Positions 37,372 to 52,987 are shown, counted from the stretch's first letter. The stretch: 64,000 nt of DNA from Camelus dromedarius (GCF_036321535.1 NC_087447.1:48424001-48488000); one strand, 5' to 3'. The notes: generated by a model from the letters alone, not told the origin. Made by a program: numbers and translations.

Positions 37372-40240
37372 CTGCAAGAAGACAGAGGAGAACAAGACTA
37401 GGCAAGCAGGAACCAAGAACTCACTCTAACCTTGGAGGAGATGCTCTCTGAGGGTGCTTGTGGCCCTGTCTCCTTTGGCAGAGCAACTATAGGCCCTAAT
37501 ATACCAATCTGCAAAAGAAACTATGAAGTTATACACACTGTGAGAATTTTTACTGCGTTCGCCATCCCCACCACTATCTACAATAATGGAAAGCAGCGAG
37601 AGCTCTGATTTCAGGCCAAAGCTGAATGACTACCAAGCAGAGCTGCTGTAGAGGGAACTCATGTGCTGGAGGGGCAACTAGACTTAATGACTTCTGAAGC
37701 CTCTTAAAAGTTTAAGATCTGATGAAATCAGGAGTGGCCTGTCTTCTTTTCCACATGTCCTACTAGCTCCTGTTCTTGGGCCTTCTCCTCGGGAAGCTGT
37801 CCTAGTGCTCAACTTAGCCCATTTCACCAACTACATAGGTCCAGGCAGCAGCCCTGAAGATCATTTGGAAGGGAAGTAGGAGGTTGTAGTAGAAGAAAGA
37901 AAAGTAAGGGAATTGATATTTGTTGAGTATTTCTCATGCGCCAGAATCTCAGAGGGGTAAAGTAACCTGCCAAGATGACTTTTCCAGTAAGTGGCAGATT
38001 TAAACCCAGGGATTTAAACTTTTTTTGGTTTGCTGGATATTAAAATGAGATTTTATTTATAAAGCAGAAGGCACTATAGTTCCTTCAGAATCTCGAAGTT
38101 TGCTTCATTACACTCATTTCAATTCAGGGAAATGGACTCAATCGATTCACAGATGGCAATAAGATGGAACTTCTCCAGTCTTTTCCTCTTTTGAGGTAAA
38201 TTAAACTGTTTTCTTCCAATGCAACATACAGATCATTATGATTATCACAAACGAAAAAAATGAGCAAATCATAGATGGGAAGATACCCAAAAGCCATACA
38301 ATTAAATTCTTATCCTCAACACACTTACAGTACTTGGAAGGAAGGTTGGATGGATGATTAGATGAACTCACTGGCTCATTCAACAAACACATCAAATGCC
38401 ATGCTTTGTACAAGGCCCTTTTACAAGAGGAATAAAAAGCTTAGACTGGTAAGATGTGGAAAAGTATGAGGAAAATGAACAATCTGAAAAGTTAAATACT
38501 CCCTTTGGTATCACTCCACAAAAAGAGGTGTTTATGCTTGAGTCTGATCCTTAAATCTATATTGGTATCCCAAACCTACTTTCTTCAGCAAAGTGAACTT
38601 AAAAGCCTGTCTTTATAAACTTAAAGTTCAAGTGAGCTTTACACACTTCAAGGACTTTTTCTGCAGTCTCTCTGAAGTGACTCTAGGCCAGCCCAGATAA
38701 AATAGGGCACATAGCATTTGATGAGTGCTTAGGAGAGCCAGAATTACACCTGCTGGGTCCAGAGATAATCTGGGATGATCACCCAGATACGCGGTCCTCC
38801 TTCTTTATCTTGGGCCATCTTCTCAACAGCAGGGTCAGAGCACAAGGCTAACAGAGCTAAAATAGGGTTGGGACTCAGTTTCTTCAACTGTATAGTCGGG
38901 GAAATAACAACTAACTTTACAGGAATGTTAAGATGAGTAAATAATTTTTTTTTTTTGAAGAATCTAGTCTGGCCATCTCCAATTCATTCTATGCTATAGT
39001 TGCCAAACTTATTTTTTCAGAATGCAAAGCTATGCCACTCTTCTATTCAGAACCCATTATAGTAGCTTTGTATAGCTCTCAGAAAGAGTCCAAACTCTCC
39101 TGCTTAGACAAGGCCATGAACAACAGTATTGCAGCCACCTCTCTAGCTTCATCTCCCATCACCTATGTATCCTGAAATCCAGCACTACTAAATTACTGAC
39201 AGTGCCTAAAATGTACCAAACTGCTTCCTGCCTCTGTGCCTTCACCCATACTGTTCCCTATTTAGAAAACACTTGTTTCCCCCTTTTGTTGACTTATTCC
39301 TAAATCCTTTGAACCGTGGGTCAAGCATCACTTCCACTGAGATATCGTCCTTGAATCAAAGAGATGCTGTGTCCCTGTGCTCTCAAAGTGCCACTGAGAA
39401 TAACTTTTTCTTAGTTCTTCTGCTTCACTGTAAAGTAGTTTATTTATTACTCTACTCTCCCCTTAGACTATAAGCTCATTGACTATTTCTTACTCATCTC
39501 GAATCCCAGGGCCAAGTACATATATCAGGTACCGAACAAATGTTTGAAAGAAAAGCACCCTTACTGCCACCTGCAAAATGTTACCTTTTTCCTTTCTGCC
39601 TTGTGAACCAGTTTATTACCATGTAGATTTTATTATTCCAAGATGTGCTGACCAGAGAGAAAGGATAACCTAATCTCATTAGCAAGTATGCTTTTCAATG
39701 TATTTAAAAAACTAACATTCTAGGTTATCATATAGTCTCTCATACATGTGACTAAAGGTAGTTCCCTAAGTTCACTCATTTTTATTTTACACATATTAAC
39801 TGACTGCATACAAGGCACTATGTTAAAGTGCAAAAATCTGATGAATTTGGATGTACTCTAAAGCTACAAAGTTCAGAGGCAGTTCTTAGATCTGTGGTGA
39901 CCCCACTAAGATATACTATCACTAGATAATGCCCTTTTTAAAGCAGCCAGCAGACGTCTTTCTTTCTGAAATCTCTTTAGTTACAAGAAACATTACTAAA
40001 TTACTATTAATCTTTCAAAATGCAATAATTTAAGAACACTTTCTAGCATGTGACCCTCGGTAGTTACCCAACCTCTTGGAGTATCCATTTTCATGACTGA
40101 AAAATGGGTTTGATACCTATCTCAAAGGATTGCTTACAGGATCAAATAAAATAGTGTCTGAGAGGGTGTCTTATATAATGCATGCCATAGAACAGCAGGT
40201 GCTCAAACCACAAAAGCTGAGGCTGGTCTCTGAGCCATTA

Positions 40241-40849
<609 letters not shown>

Positions 40850-41766
40850 TTATGAGAGAAAAGGAAGATTTTCAACGATTGTTTAAAAAGTAAAAAGATT
40901 TATCCACTTTCCAACCCAGAGCCATCATCAACCTGACCCAAGACAGAACAGAAAACATACACCCACAGTGCATGGAGTTTGTTTCATCTGACCACTGAAA
41001 GACAATTAGATCAGGTGGAAGAACAAAGGCTAGGAGTTGGAAGACCTGTATTCTCTCCTTGGCTCAGCACCAAACTAGTAGTTCAGTCTGGGTAAGCCAT
41101 TAATTTCTTTCCGCTTCATTTCCTTACCTGACAAATGGGAAAATTAGTGCTGATCTTGCCTATCAGACAAAGTTATTATGACTGTCAAAGAAGATAACGG
41201 TTTTGGAAGAGCTTTGGAAGAAAATAAAAAGTGTGAAATACTATTATGGTGCTATGAGTACAACAGAGAAGGCATGGGACAAGAAGTCAGGAAATCTGGG
41301 GTCTAGTCCTGGGTCTTTTACCAAGGGAACCGCCACTTCGTCAACACACACCAATGACCAGGCACTAGATTTCAAAACAACAATTTAAAGTAATAGCTAC
41401 TTGTTACTGAGGATCTACTATGTATCAGAAATTCTCTTATGCTTTATATATAGTACTTCATTTAATTCTCCTGATAACCCTGTGAAGTTCTGAGGATTAA
41501 ATGTGATAATGATCCTTATTTTACAGATGAGAAAATGGAAGCTCAGAGACCTGCCCAAGTTATTACAGCTACCAGGTAGCAGAGATAGGATTTGAACTCA
41601 GGTCTAGTTGGCTTTGAAGTCTACACTCCACCTATTATAAGTTTATAATATCTTATCTGAAACTCTTAGGGCAAGATTTATTTCTGAGTTTAAAAATTTT
41701 CAGATTTTAGAAAGGCAATGTGGTACATAAACCGAGTATTATGTACTTGTCAGTGATCACGTAAGT

Positions 41767-41955
41767 CAGGGATTGGTAAATTTATTTTGTAAAAGGCCAG
41801 ATAGTAAATATTTTAGTCTTCTGGGCCATATGGTCTTTGTTGCAACTACTCCAATGTGCTGTTGTAGTGAGAAAGTGGACACAGACAATATGCAAACGAA
41901 TGGGCACAAGGTGCTTCAATAAAACTGTATACAATCAGGTAATGGCCTAAGTCAG
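41767..41955. mobile_element. MER58A-like hAT element
   Basis: cagggattggtaaat...aaaggccagatagtaaatattttag...ttcaataaaact. Confidence 0.75.
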
Positions 41956-43778
41956 CAAATAAAGACTAAATGGTCTCATGTCAGTTGAGGTCAGAATTGG
42001 CTGTTTAATGAGTTAATAAAAAACCTGTCATTTTTTAAGCTTTTTGGTTTTCACAATTATGTAAAACAGATTGTGGATTGGTATAATATTCATAGCAATT
42101 TTCTAAGATAGATTTTATTAATTTAGGTTATAGATAAGAAGATTTAGATTTATTGAGATTAATTTGCCAAAGGTCACCTAAGGTGGTATGACTTTTGGAA
42201 AAGGTATTTAATTTTTCTGAGCCTTCCAAGTTTTCATCTGTAAAATGAGGAGGCTGATCTCTAAGACTCCTTTCAACTTAGTCAGTCTAAGAACCTATGG
42301 CTTTAGCTTTAGTAAATTCTCATCACCGGGTATTAATTTACTTTCAAATATTAGTGGTTTTTAACATTTTTTGGTTACAGGCCCCTTTGGCTCTAGTGAA
42401 AGTTATCCTTAGAAAAACACACAAATACACAAAAAATTTCACACCATTTCAGCACTTAAGAACTACTGGTTTAGATCATTCGTTTTGCTCTGTGATTCTA
42501 TAGTTGAGATTATTGGTAGAAAGAAACAAAATAGAATAGTCACTTTAGAATAGTTTTGAATATAAAGACAAATGATATGTCCCAAATTATTTAAAAGGTT
42601 TATTTCCAAGGGGTTAAATTTAATTTGTAGAGATGAGATTCCTCAGATGGTGCCTGATCCCTGACAAATTCTGTATTAAATTTGAAAAGGAAGGAAACTG
42701 AGGTGTTCTATGTGCCCAGCCCTGTGCAAAGATCTTTCATGTGTATAATTTCACTAACTGCTTCAATAATCTTGCAAAGATCCTATTATCTCCATATTTA
42801 CAGATGAGGGAACTATGGATCTGAGAGATGAAGTGAGTTGTTCCAGGTCACAGTTAGTGACAGAAGTGAGATCTGAACCCTGCATCAAGTTGTAGAGACT
42901 TCTCTCTGGTAGGCACATAGTACCTGTTCATTAGAGTACTGCTCAAATTTCAATTCACATACTTAGGAGATGTGTGATATAACTTTGGAAACTAGATTAC
43001 ACAATCCTAGGGAGGAAGATGGGCAAGAGAAGGAAAACTAACATTTACTGACTATCTATCATGTGTCAGGTACTTCATATATCCTATTTCATGGATTCCT
43101 ACCTTGTGGACTTGTCAGGATTAACAATCTCTATCAATTGATAAGAAAACTGGGGCTCAGAGAGATCAAGGTCACTTTGTCAATGTCACTGAGCTAGTAG
43201 AAAGTAGGATAGAACCAATATTTCCAGACTTCTTGTTCCTTCTTTTGGGCCTTTACCTCATACCCTTATTCCTTCTTTTGTGAGAGAGGAGAGTATAATG
43301 AAAAAGAATGGGTGAATCTGGATTTGACTTCCACTACTCTACTACCTAAGCTGTGTGGTTTTGGCAAATCACTTAACCTCTGTGAGCAAGTTTTCTCATC
43401 TGTAAAATGAAAATAATCCTGTATCCCTGTCAGTAAGGGTTAACATGAGGCTCAAACAAGATCTGAGGAAATATTTTACTGAGTATGAAATAATGCAATG
43501 CGTATTGCCTTATTATACATAGGATCATCCATCTTTCCTAAAGTAAGATGACAATACAATATTTTGAGCTTCTTTGCTTTATTAGAGACCTTTGAAATGA
43601 TTAGGAAAGGATTTAAAATGCTTTGAGAAAACTTTTGAAGTATTTGGGAGAATTCAGAAGCATATGTTAAGTGGCCATGTTTTCTTCTGCATATCTTTCA
43701 AGAAAGCTAGACAAGATGATCTCTTGTGAATGGAAGAGGGTAAGGTTATAAATTAAAGTGATAATCCAGGATCCCTAC

Positions 43779-43868
43779 CAGATCTCTTGATCAGCAGCTC
43801 TTTTGTTGGAATCTTTACTACTCCAAGCAGATAATCTTTGAATGAGTGGATACTGGTTATATCACTGG
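43779..43868 (-). CDS. C2CD3: C2CD3 exon (~22), 90 nt, (A)[29 protein letters not shown]
   Basis: Translated by hand (below ORF-track cutoff); acceptor ttttaaacag|CC, donor G|gtaggg; phase 1/1. Confidence 0.92.
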
Positions 43869-44371
43869 CTGTTTAAAAAAAAAACAAAAGAACAGAAATC
43901 ATTTGGCAATCTATTAACCAAAGCACTTAGGTTTACAATAAAAATATCCATATAAGCCTCCATTTATACTCAGTGAATTTCAGTTTTGGAAGTCTTGCTC
44001 CAGTCAAAATTTGAATGCCCTCTCATTTTAGTTAAACCATTAATCATATGTATATATGTATACATATACTTAAATCATTTTATTTTGAAAAATTTAGGCA
44101 TTCAAAAAAGTCACAAGAATATTACAAAGACCTCCTATATACCCTTCACCTAGATTTGCCAACTAATATCCTGACACATCTGCTGTATCTCTCTCTACAT
44201 TCTCTTGAAACCACTCAATATATATTCTATTTTTGCTACATCCTGCAGAAGTAAGTTTCAGAGAATATAACTCCTCATCCCTAAAGACCTCAGCACATAT
44301 CTCCTAGGAAGGGCTGTACCATTCAAAACAGAGCCCTTTTAAATTCTGACTGTGAGTCATCTGGTGCTCAC

Positions 44372-44640
44372 CTGACTTGGTATCTTCATGATAAACAGCA
44401 AAAGTAACTTCTGCAAACTCCAACAGCTCTGCCAGGAAACAAGCCTCTCCACTGCAGTGCTGAGTTACCAAGTTACATGAGAATTCACTGTGATGGGAAA
44501 ACTCAGGGCAGAAGGAACAGGCCACAGGGCGGGTCTGACGCTGTTCTCCCTTAGGCAGGAAGGACAGATGAGTGGTGACAAAGGCATTGACCCCAACTGT
44601 GGCGCTAAACTGTAGAGCAGGTTCCTGTTCAGCCAAAGCA
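44372..44640 (-). CDS. C2CD3: C2CD3 exon (~21), 269 nt, [19 protein letters not shown]...YHEDTKS
   Basis: ORF 44304..44636; acceptor tcccctacag|T, donor G|gtgagc; phase 2/1. Confidence 0.94.
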
Positions 44641-45244
44641 CTGTAGGGGAAAAGGGTGGGAATCAGAAGGAGGTGATATCAGAAATCAGCTTGACTGCCT
44701 AGAAGACATCACCATTTCCATGAGGCCATCCAGAACACTAACCAACTACATGTTTCCTACCTGGGCTTTTGGCAGTGCTGCCACAATGTGTTTTCTTAGT
44801 AATCTAGATATCACAGTGTACGTGTATGGGGGAGGCAACATTCATCTGCCCACTAGAGTGACACTACGAGGACACTCCACTGTACTTGGCCAAGCTTCCT
44901 GCCCTTCTTTCTTGAAACTGCAACACAGACCAGATGTGGGACTTACAACAAAATGCCTGCCATCCAATCTGATTTTCCCCAGGAGTCCCCAGAGAAACTG
45001 TTGAGTTTCTTATCTATTATTCAGTCTCTCTCAGATCTGCTAAGTATCAAAATTCCAAGTCCTTTTCTGTCGATTAAATAGTAGTTAACACCATATGTTA
45101 GAATTCTGACCTGGGCTGGGTCTTACTCAGAACAGCCACTCCATATACACATGTTTTATGACTCCATTGCCTTTGCTTATGTTCTTCTCTTTGACTGGAA
45201 AAATTTTCAGCTTTTGGGCATTGTGGTAACTCCTACTCTTCTTT

Positions 45245-45608
45245 CACAATGTTGTGTCAATTTCTGGTGTACAGCATAATGCTTCAGTCATACATGAACA
45301 TACGTATATTTGCTTTCATATTCTTTTTCACTATAAGTTACTACAAGATATTGAATATAGTTCCCTGTGCTATACAGTATGAACTTGTTGTTTATCTATT
45401 TTATATATATTAGTATCTGCAAATCTTGAACTCCCAACTTACCCCTTCTCACCCTCTTTCCCCACCGGTAACCATAAGTTTGTTTTCTGTCATTCTAAGT
45501 GAAGTAAGCCAGAAAAAGAAAGAAAAATACCATATGATATCACTTACATGTGGAATCTAAAAAGAAAGACAAAAACAAACTCATTTACAAAATAGAAACA
45601 GACTCAGA
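45245..45608. mobile_element. 5'-inverted LINE-1 3' fragment
   Basis: About 45245-45490 is antisense L1 3'UTR; about 45491-45608 is the adjacent upstream L1 segment in sense orientation. Confidence 0.75.
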
Positions 45609-47306
45609 TTAAGATATTTTGAAGGGTGTTGAATGCCAAGTTGAGCAAGGAGGTTGGACCTTACCCTGTGAACCAGTACCCTAAAGTGGAATGAGTACAG
45701 CCCAGAGGGTCCACAGGGTAAACTATCTGGGATTATGAAGAAAATATTAAAACTTCTAGAATTGTTATCTCATGTATTAAAGTTTTACCACTCTATGATA
45801 AATTTTATAATGTATATATTAGTATAATAGTACATGAAAATGATTTATACATGAATAAGTATACACATATTTAGGAGGTGTGCCACTTTTTTTATTAATA
45901 GGAATGTACAATTAAAATTAGGAGACCACTGCTACTGACAATGAGATACCATCAAAAGTTTGAATATGTGAAAGGACATGATTAAAAAACTGCCCTGGTA
46001 TCTCATAAACACTAAGATGTTCTCAGGCAATTATTGAAAAAGTGTATTTGGAGAATTTAGTGAGGAAAATTATTAATTAGACTGAACATTTCACCAGCTG
46101 CTTCAGTGTCTAATCTCACAGGACAATAATTCTATTAGTTATTCAGCGACCATGAAGTTAGAGGTAAACAATCTGACTCTAAATTGTAACAAAATAAAAA
46201 GTTAAGAAGCCCTTGCTTCTTTCTTGAACTCATGTCCAAAGTGAGCCAGTCTGCCACAGGATGGTGATCTAGTTTTCCTTCTCACTGGGCACCTGTAATC
46301 TGCTAGAACTGTGCTATGCGGTGGGGACAGAGAGGAGTTCAGGCAGAGTCTGCGTCTCAAGGAACTCACAGCCTAATGGAGGACAACTCATGTAAGCAAA
46401 TAATTGAAATAGAGTGATATGTACTGCAACTAAGGTGCTAATAGACAAAGCACAAAGCACCAATTCTATCTATATGTACGGAGATATAGAGGAAGACTGG
46501 AAAATCTCGAAAGAAAATAGAAGTTTGTTTAGTGGACAAAAGGAGGAAGAACATCCAAGTAGAGAGCAAAATGAGCAAAGACCCTAAGGAGGCAAGAGAG
46601 GGCCATGCTGTTTATATATAGGGACAGTGTTCCAGGCAGAGATTACAGCAAGACAAATGCCCTGAGGAGGAAATGAGCTTGGTGTGTTCAGAAGCAATAA
46701 GAAAGCCAGTGGCTGGAGTGGAGTAAGCAGAGCGCAACTAGCAGGAGGAGATGAGGTCATTACAGATAATGGGATCAGACCATGTGGGGTCTTACAAACA
46801 TTTTAAGGACTCTGGCTTTTACTCTGAATGAGATGGAAAGGCACTGTTGGGTTTTAAGCAGATGTGTGTCAAGATCTGATTTAAGCTTTCATAAGATCAC
46901 TGGCTTCTGTATTGAGAACAGACTAAAGGGGAATGAGCTAGAAAAACTGGGGGTGGTACTCAGAGACTGAACCTGAGACTATGGAGGAGCTGTAGTGATT
47001 GGTCCTGGCCTGGTTTGAGGGCATAGGGCATGACCGTGGGAATAAGTGGTTAAGCAGGGTAGAGGATAAAATTGCTGGACAAGGTCATGGAACTAAGTTG
47101 TTAATAACAGTTAAATGGCAAAATTTGCAAGTGATTTATTTACTTATGTTCTTATATGCTTTCTTAAGAGAAAAAAAAAGAGTCGAGTTGTGGTTAATAA
47201 ACTGGAAATTTATACAAGAAAGTTGCACATTATTTGATCATCAAATATCATGTGGACCTCAGTGGAAAAGGTTTGGTTTGAGAACTGCTTTTCTAAGGTG
47301 CACTTA

Positions 47307-47525
<219 letters not shown>

Positions 47526-48558
47526 CTAATGAACAATAAAGGGCCTTGGCAGTGCAACAATCTGTCTGTGGTCAGAATCACATTACATTATTGTACTTGA
47601 GGATTAATAAAGGCAGAACAGAAGTTATTATTTTCACTTTATATCCAAGAAACTATAGCTCAGAGATTCCACAGCTTGCCAAGATCACAAAACTATCAGA
47701 GACAGAAGTTAATCCCTGATTTTTTAAACTCCCAGTTATTTTTATAGAATTGAGATGGAGTCTTATCTAACCTTTCTTCTTTTTAAAACTTTGAAAAGTT
47801 CTTAAGATTATATATTATTATCTCCTGCTACAACCACCACTTGAAATACCTTCACATGCCATCTTTTTATAAAAACTCTCCTACTGTATTTCAGGAAAGC
47901 TTTTCCCCCAGCCCAGGGAAAGCTTTAAGGAACAAGAGAACAAGCTGATCAGTGAAGGTCAGGAGGAACTACTCAATTTTAAAGACAGTAAGATAAAGCC
48001 TGTTGTTTGGGCATACACTCTCCAGCAAGTACCAACAGCAACTTGATTTAGGAGGCTAATTCTAGTTACTGATGATGTATTTAGAGGATAGGTTATCTTG
48101 CTGGAACTATTAGGATATGATCCAAAAGTCCAAATTCTAATGAATCCCTTTCAACTTTAAATCCTAACTTCCTCCTTTATAGTGAATTTCCCAGTTCATG
48201 CTGAGTACATTCTACCAATCCTACATTATGCTGCCTTGGAATAATAATTCCCTGAGTATACCTATATAATACTGGGATTTATACCATAAGGGCTTATCAA
48301 ATGCTTGTGGAAGTTAAAGGTGAAATTAATTTAGAACATTAATATAGAAAGTCTATAGAACTATGAATTCTCTAAAATTATATGAAAAATTTGCATGTAT
48401 ATTTTACAGTCATTTTCTAAGAGAAAGTGTCTCACAGTTTTTATCAGATTCCTAAAAGGGTAAGTAATACAAAATGTGAAGAATCATTAATTTAGAGAGA
48501 AAAGGGATATTTACATCTATTGACTCTGAAAGGGAAAGATGCACTGATCTTCAGTTAC

Positions 48559-48731
48559 CTGATGGTTGGTTCCTCTGATCTTTCCCCCTCTCGGGCCTGG
48601 GGGTTAAAGGGAGAGTAAAGGTCTGTATTTCCACATCATTACGGTGCTGCATGGTAACAATGGCACAGAGCCTTGATAATGGCAAGGTTCCTCTGGCGAC
48701 CATCTGTTCTCTCACGTTAGGATAATAGTAC
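48559..48731 (-). CDS. C2CD3: C2CD3 exon (~19), 173 nt, [21 protein letters not shown]...NQPS
   Basis: ORF 48551..48742; acceptor ggcttacag|G, donor G|gtaact; phase 2/1. Confidence 0.94.
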
Positions 48732-48839
48732 CTGTAAGCCACAAAAGCAAAAGCTATCAGTTGGAAGAATTAGACAGATGAATGATTTATTCTGCCCTAA
48801 GGATCAGCTTTCAGTATCTAGTTTTCTTTGGAACCTGAT

Positions 48840-48955
48840 TGTTCTGTATTTGTGGTATACAGCTACGGTCATGTCTGGCTAGATTTACTGTTCATTATGT
48901 TCTGTATTTGTGGTATACAGCTATGGTCATGTCTGGCTAGATTTACTGTTCATTA
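48840..48955. repeat. Tandem duplication, 2 x 58 bp, one mismatch
   Basis: tgttctgtatttgtggtatacagcta(c/t)ggtcatgtctggctagatttactgttcatta at 48840-48897 and 48898-48955. Confidence 0.95.
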
Positions 48956-49894
48956 TGGGAACTCATAAATTATACTGTGTTCAGTGTCGAGCCCAGCTTC
49001 CCACAGGCTTTCTGTTTGATGAGTCTGCATCTGGCTTGATCCTTTGGGCATAGCCACTCCTAAAAGCAACCATCCTGCAGCACAAGTGGTTCTAAGTGGA
49101 ACAGTCCCAATTTCTTCTATGGCTTCAGGCCAAACCCCCAATTTTGGAGGGGTGATAAGGATCTGTTAATATCTACTCTATTTCCTCCTCAAGTCAAAAT
49201 ATTCCATTCCCACATTACAAGGTTGTAAATCAAACCTAATGTTCACCTGACTGCATTTAGGAAAACTTTCCGGCAAGTAGATGGTACTCTTCTCAATTCT
49301 GATCCTGATGCTATTTCCTCTCCTTTTATATTTATGTTCTCTTAGTCATTTTAGTTGGTTTCTTGGAGGTAGTGATGCAAAGGGGGAGGTTAAACATCTG
49401 TATTCATGCCATTATCTTCCCTGGAAATCTGCCAAAGTCTGTGACATAAGTGGATTTATCTTTTACAAAGGCTCCTCTTCCGGTGGTGGGAAGAACAGAT
49501 TGCAAGAAATGAGTCTAGAAGTGGGGAGACCAGTTAGGAGGCTGTTCCAGTAATTTAGGCATGATATGATCAGGGTCTGAACTATATAAGGCAGGAAAAG
49601 GAGCAGAAAAAAAGTGACTGATACGTTTGAGTGACAGTAAGAGATGAAACTAAAACTTTCCTTCCAAATGTAAGTAGTGGTTAGAAGTATAAGATACAAC
49701 TAATCCCAAGAGCCTAACAATTTAACAGATTTCAGTAAAATTTGGACAAGCGTCACTATCAAACCCAAATAATATTAAACAGGGCAGAAGGGGCCTCTTA
49801 GCTTCCTCACGATTCAATCTGGGTTAATTAAGGTAAGGGTTGCTCAGTGATTGTGCCCTTTCTTCCTAGGCATAGGAATGGGTTCTCCACACTA

Positions 49895-50164
<270 letters not shown>

Positions 50165-50707
50165 TTATTCAATTTTATCATCATAATACTCCTGTTAAAG
50201 AAACAAAGCAGGTATTACTATTATTACACAGATGAGGATATGGACACCTTGAGATTACATGGTGAACCCAAAGCTAGTAAGCCACGGACCTGAAACCAGA
50301 ATCTGTATCTTCTGACTGCATTACTCCTACCAAGGTCCATTTCCCTAGCAGCTATAGTCCCCTAAGGTGCTATGATAATACAGAGGAAAGAGATCCCTTT
50401 GTGGACGATGTGTGAGAGTTCCAACTTCTTCACTTCCTTATCAACACTTGTTAATCAGTTTTTTAAAAATATTATAGCCAACTCAGTGAGTATGAAGTGG
50501 TATCTTGTGGTGGTTTTAATCTTCATCCCCCAAATAATGATGTTAAGTATCTTTTCATGTGCAAAGATCTTTTGTATGTCTTTAGAGAAATCTCTATTTC
50601 AATCCTTTGCCCATTTTTTAATTGGGTTGTCAAATTTTTATCATTGGTTTGTAAGAGTTCTTTATATATTCTGGATACAAGTCCTTTATTTGAACTTTAA
50701 AACCAAT

Positions 50708-51160
50708 ACTGGCAGCACTTTCACTGTTATTCATAGACATGCTCAGAATGGCAAAAATTTGAGTCATCCAACCTGCTCACTCTCAGCTGAGACTAAACAA
50801 ACAGGGCGACCCATTGCCTTCTTGTTTTAGCTCTCAGAGATAAGCACAAGACAGAGCTGGTAAGGCGCAGTGCAACAAAGTGCAGAAGCTCTGGTACGGG
50901 GGCCAGCGGGACAGGGTTTGAATGCCAACCTTGGCACGTGTTAGTGGGGCAGCCTCAGTCACTGACACTCTGAACCTCGTTCTCTCTTCTGTAAAATAAA
51001 GCAAACAGAATCTACCAGGATAAGTCGTTTTAGGATTTAAGATTACGATCTATGTGCGATATGGTATGTATATGTATTCCCCAGGAGTAATGGTTCAAAA
51101 CCCTTTAACTCATGCTCTTTATAACTTTGTAGAATATAACTACTGTGGATAAAACTGTAT
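50708..51160. mobile_element. Tigger-family (TcMar) DNA transposon relic within L1 sequence
   Basis: ggcaaaaatttgagtcatcc...gccttcttgttttagctctca...ataactactgtggataaaactgta resembles Tigger elements. Subfamily uncertain. Confidence 0.5.
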
Positions 51161-51481
51161 GTTTACAGAGGATAAGAGTGAGTAGGTCTGTAAATGATAT
51201 AAAATGAGACAAAATGTAAATAATTGCTGGATCTAGGTAAAGGGCATACAGAAGTTCTTTGTACGATTTTTGCTTATTTTTCCATAAATTTGAAATCAAA
51301 TCAAAATAAAATGCCACAAAAAACAATTTAAGAAAAATAAAAACTCAGACTAGCTCCTGTACTGCCCAGGTAAGAGTAGAAACACTGAGGAACACAAAAC
51401 TCACTCAGGAAAAAAATATTCCTAAGTATCTTCAGTAAAAGAGCCACATAAGAATGAGAAGGCCCAATCTCCCAAACCTAC

Positions 51482-51662
51482 CATTTTCAAGGAACTCAGG
51501 TCCTTTCAGCACATTGGATTGTGAGTCTTGAACTGGAAAGTAGTATTGGACATAACAATCTGCTTCTCCCCAGACTGTTGCTTGAAGAGGGGTGAGCCCT
51601 TTAACTTTGTCTACATGGAGATCAAAGTGGTGCTCCATCAATCCATTTCCTTGGTCCCCTGC
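51482..51662 (-). CDS. C2CD3: C2CD3 exon (~17), 181 nt, [17 protein letters not shown]...PEFLEN
   Basis: ORF 51432..51641; acceptor catttaatag|GCA, donor G|gtaggt; phase 0/1. Confidence 0.93.
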
Positions 51663-52860
51663 CTATTAAATGAAAGAGACATTGGTGAGCTTTAAAGAGT
51701 AACTTGTTTAGAATATTTCTGCTTCTCTTTGAAGTCTGAGAACAGATGAAGAAATAAGCACAACTAATTAGCTGATACTAAAACGGGTACTTAATCTTCA
51801 TTGTATATAAATCTCACAACTGATCACTGTAATCAGATCAGGCAGGATTTAATCCAGACTGTGATACTGGGTCAATATCAGGATTCAGAAATGTAATCTA
51901 GTACGTTCATGGAGGAAGGAGAAAAAATGACTATCTCAATAAATGCTAAAAAGGCATTTGTTAAAATTTAACACCTCCTCTTCTTAGTACACCAAGAAGG
52001 CTATTTCCTTCATAGGATAAAGAATACACATTTGAAGCAAACAGGGATCAATTTACTTATTATTTTTAATGAAGTTGGGAATACATTGAGACAGTTTGTT
52101 AATGATAAGGACTACTTGGGGAAGTAGTGAATATACTGTTACTGAATGTATTTCTACTAATAACAATTAATAATGTATTTATTACTTACTATGAGCCAGG
52201 CACTGTACTAAGCCCTTCGCTTACATTAGCTAATTTGACATGCACAGCTAATAACAGTGGAACTGGGGTTTGACTCGGTAGTATGACTCCAGAGCCAATA
52301 TTCTTGACCTCTATTACAGACACTAGATAACTGATTATTGCAAATATTCAAAGGGGAATTCAGGATTCAGATAAGGATCAGACTGCATGATTTACACGCT
52401 TTAGTATTCTAACTACGAATGCAAAAAATTTGGAACAAAGATTGCCTTGAAGTCAAAAAGCGTATGTCAGTGTACCTGCTCAAAAACCTTTCTTAGGGAA
52501 ACAGAAAACTTGCAGTTTGATTCCCCAGAAAAGAAAAATACGGGGGAAAAAAAACCTCAGAATTACAGCAGCTGTTTAATTTGGCCATACAGTATTTCAC
52601 ACAGTAATTTAATAATTCAGTTCTGCAGGCACTGAACTAGATGAGGGACGCTGAATGTAGAAGGAAAAACAACTGTATTTGTAGATATCTAACCTCTTAA
52701 GGATTTCTTTTGTGCTCTTAGTATTATTTTCTAGCTTTCAGTATGAATAAAAGATCTGAGTCTACACTGTGATGTGAGGGCCATATAACACCTACATAAG
52801 ACTTCGGAATATTATGGATCATTTTTATTTGTGCTTTTATGTCATTTTAATTTTTTTGTT

Positions 52861-52987
52861 GGGGGAGGTAATTAGGCTTGCTTGCTTGTTTGTTTGTTTG
52901 TTTATTTAAATGGAGGTACTGGGAGTTGAACCCACGCTCTCCTGCATGCTAAGCATGTGCTCTACCACTTGAACTATACCCTCTCCC
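52861..52987 (-). mobile_element. tRNA-derived SINE (camelid vic-1-like) with TSD-like flanks
   Basis: gggggaggtaattagg...atggaggtactgggagttgaaccc...catgctaagcatgtgctctaccacttgaactataccc; tgtcatttt on both flanks. Confidence 0.85.

Noticed and set aside
48840..48955. CRISPR-like array
   Set aside because: Only two adjacent copies with no spacer, in a mammalian intron.
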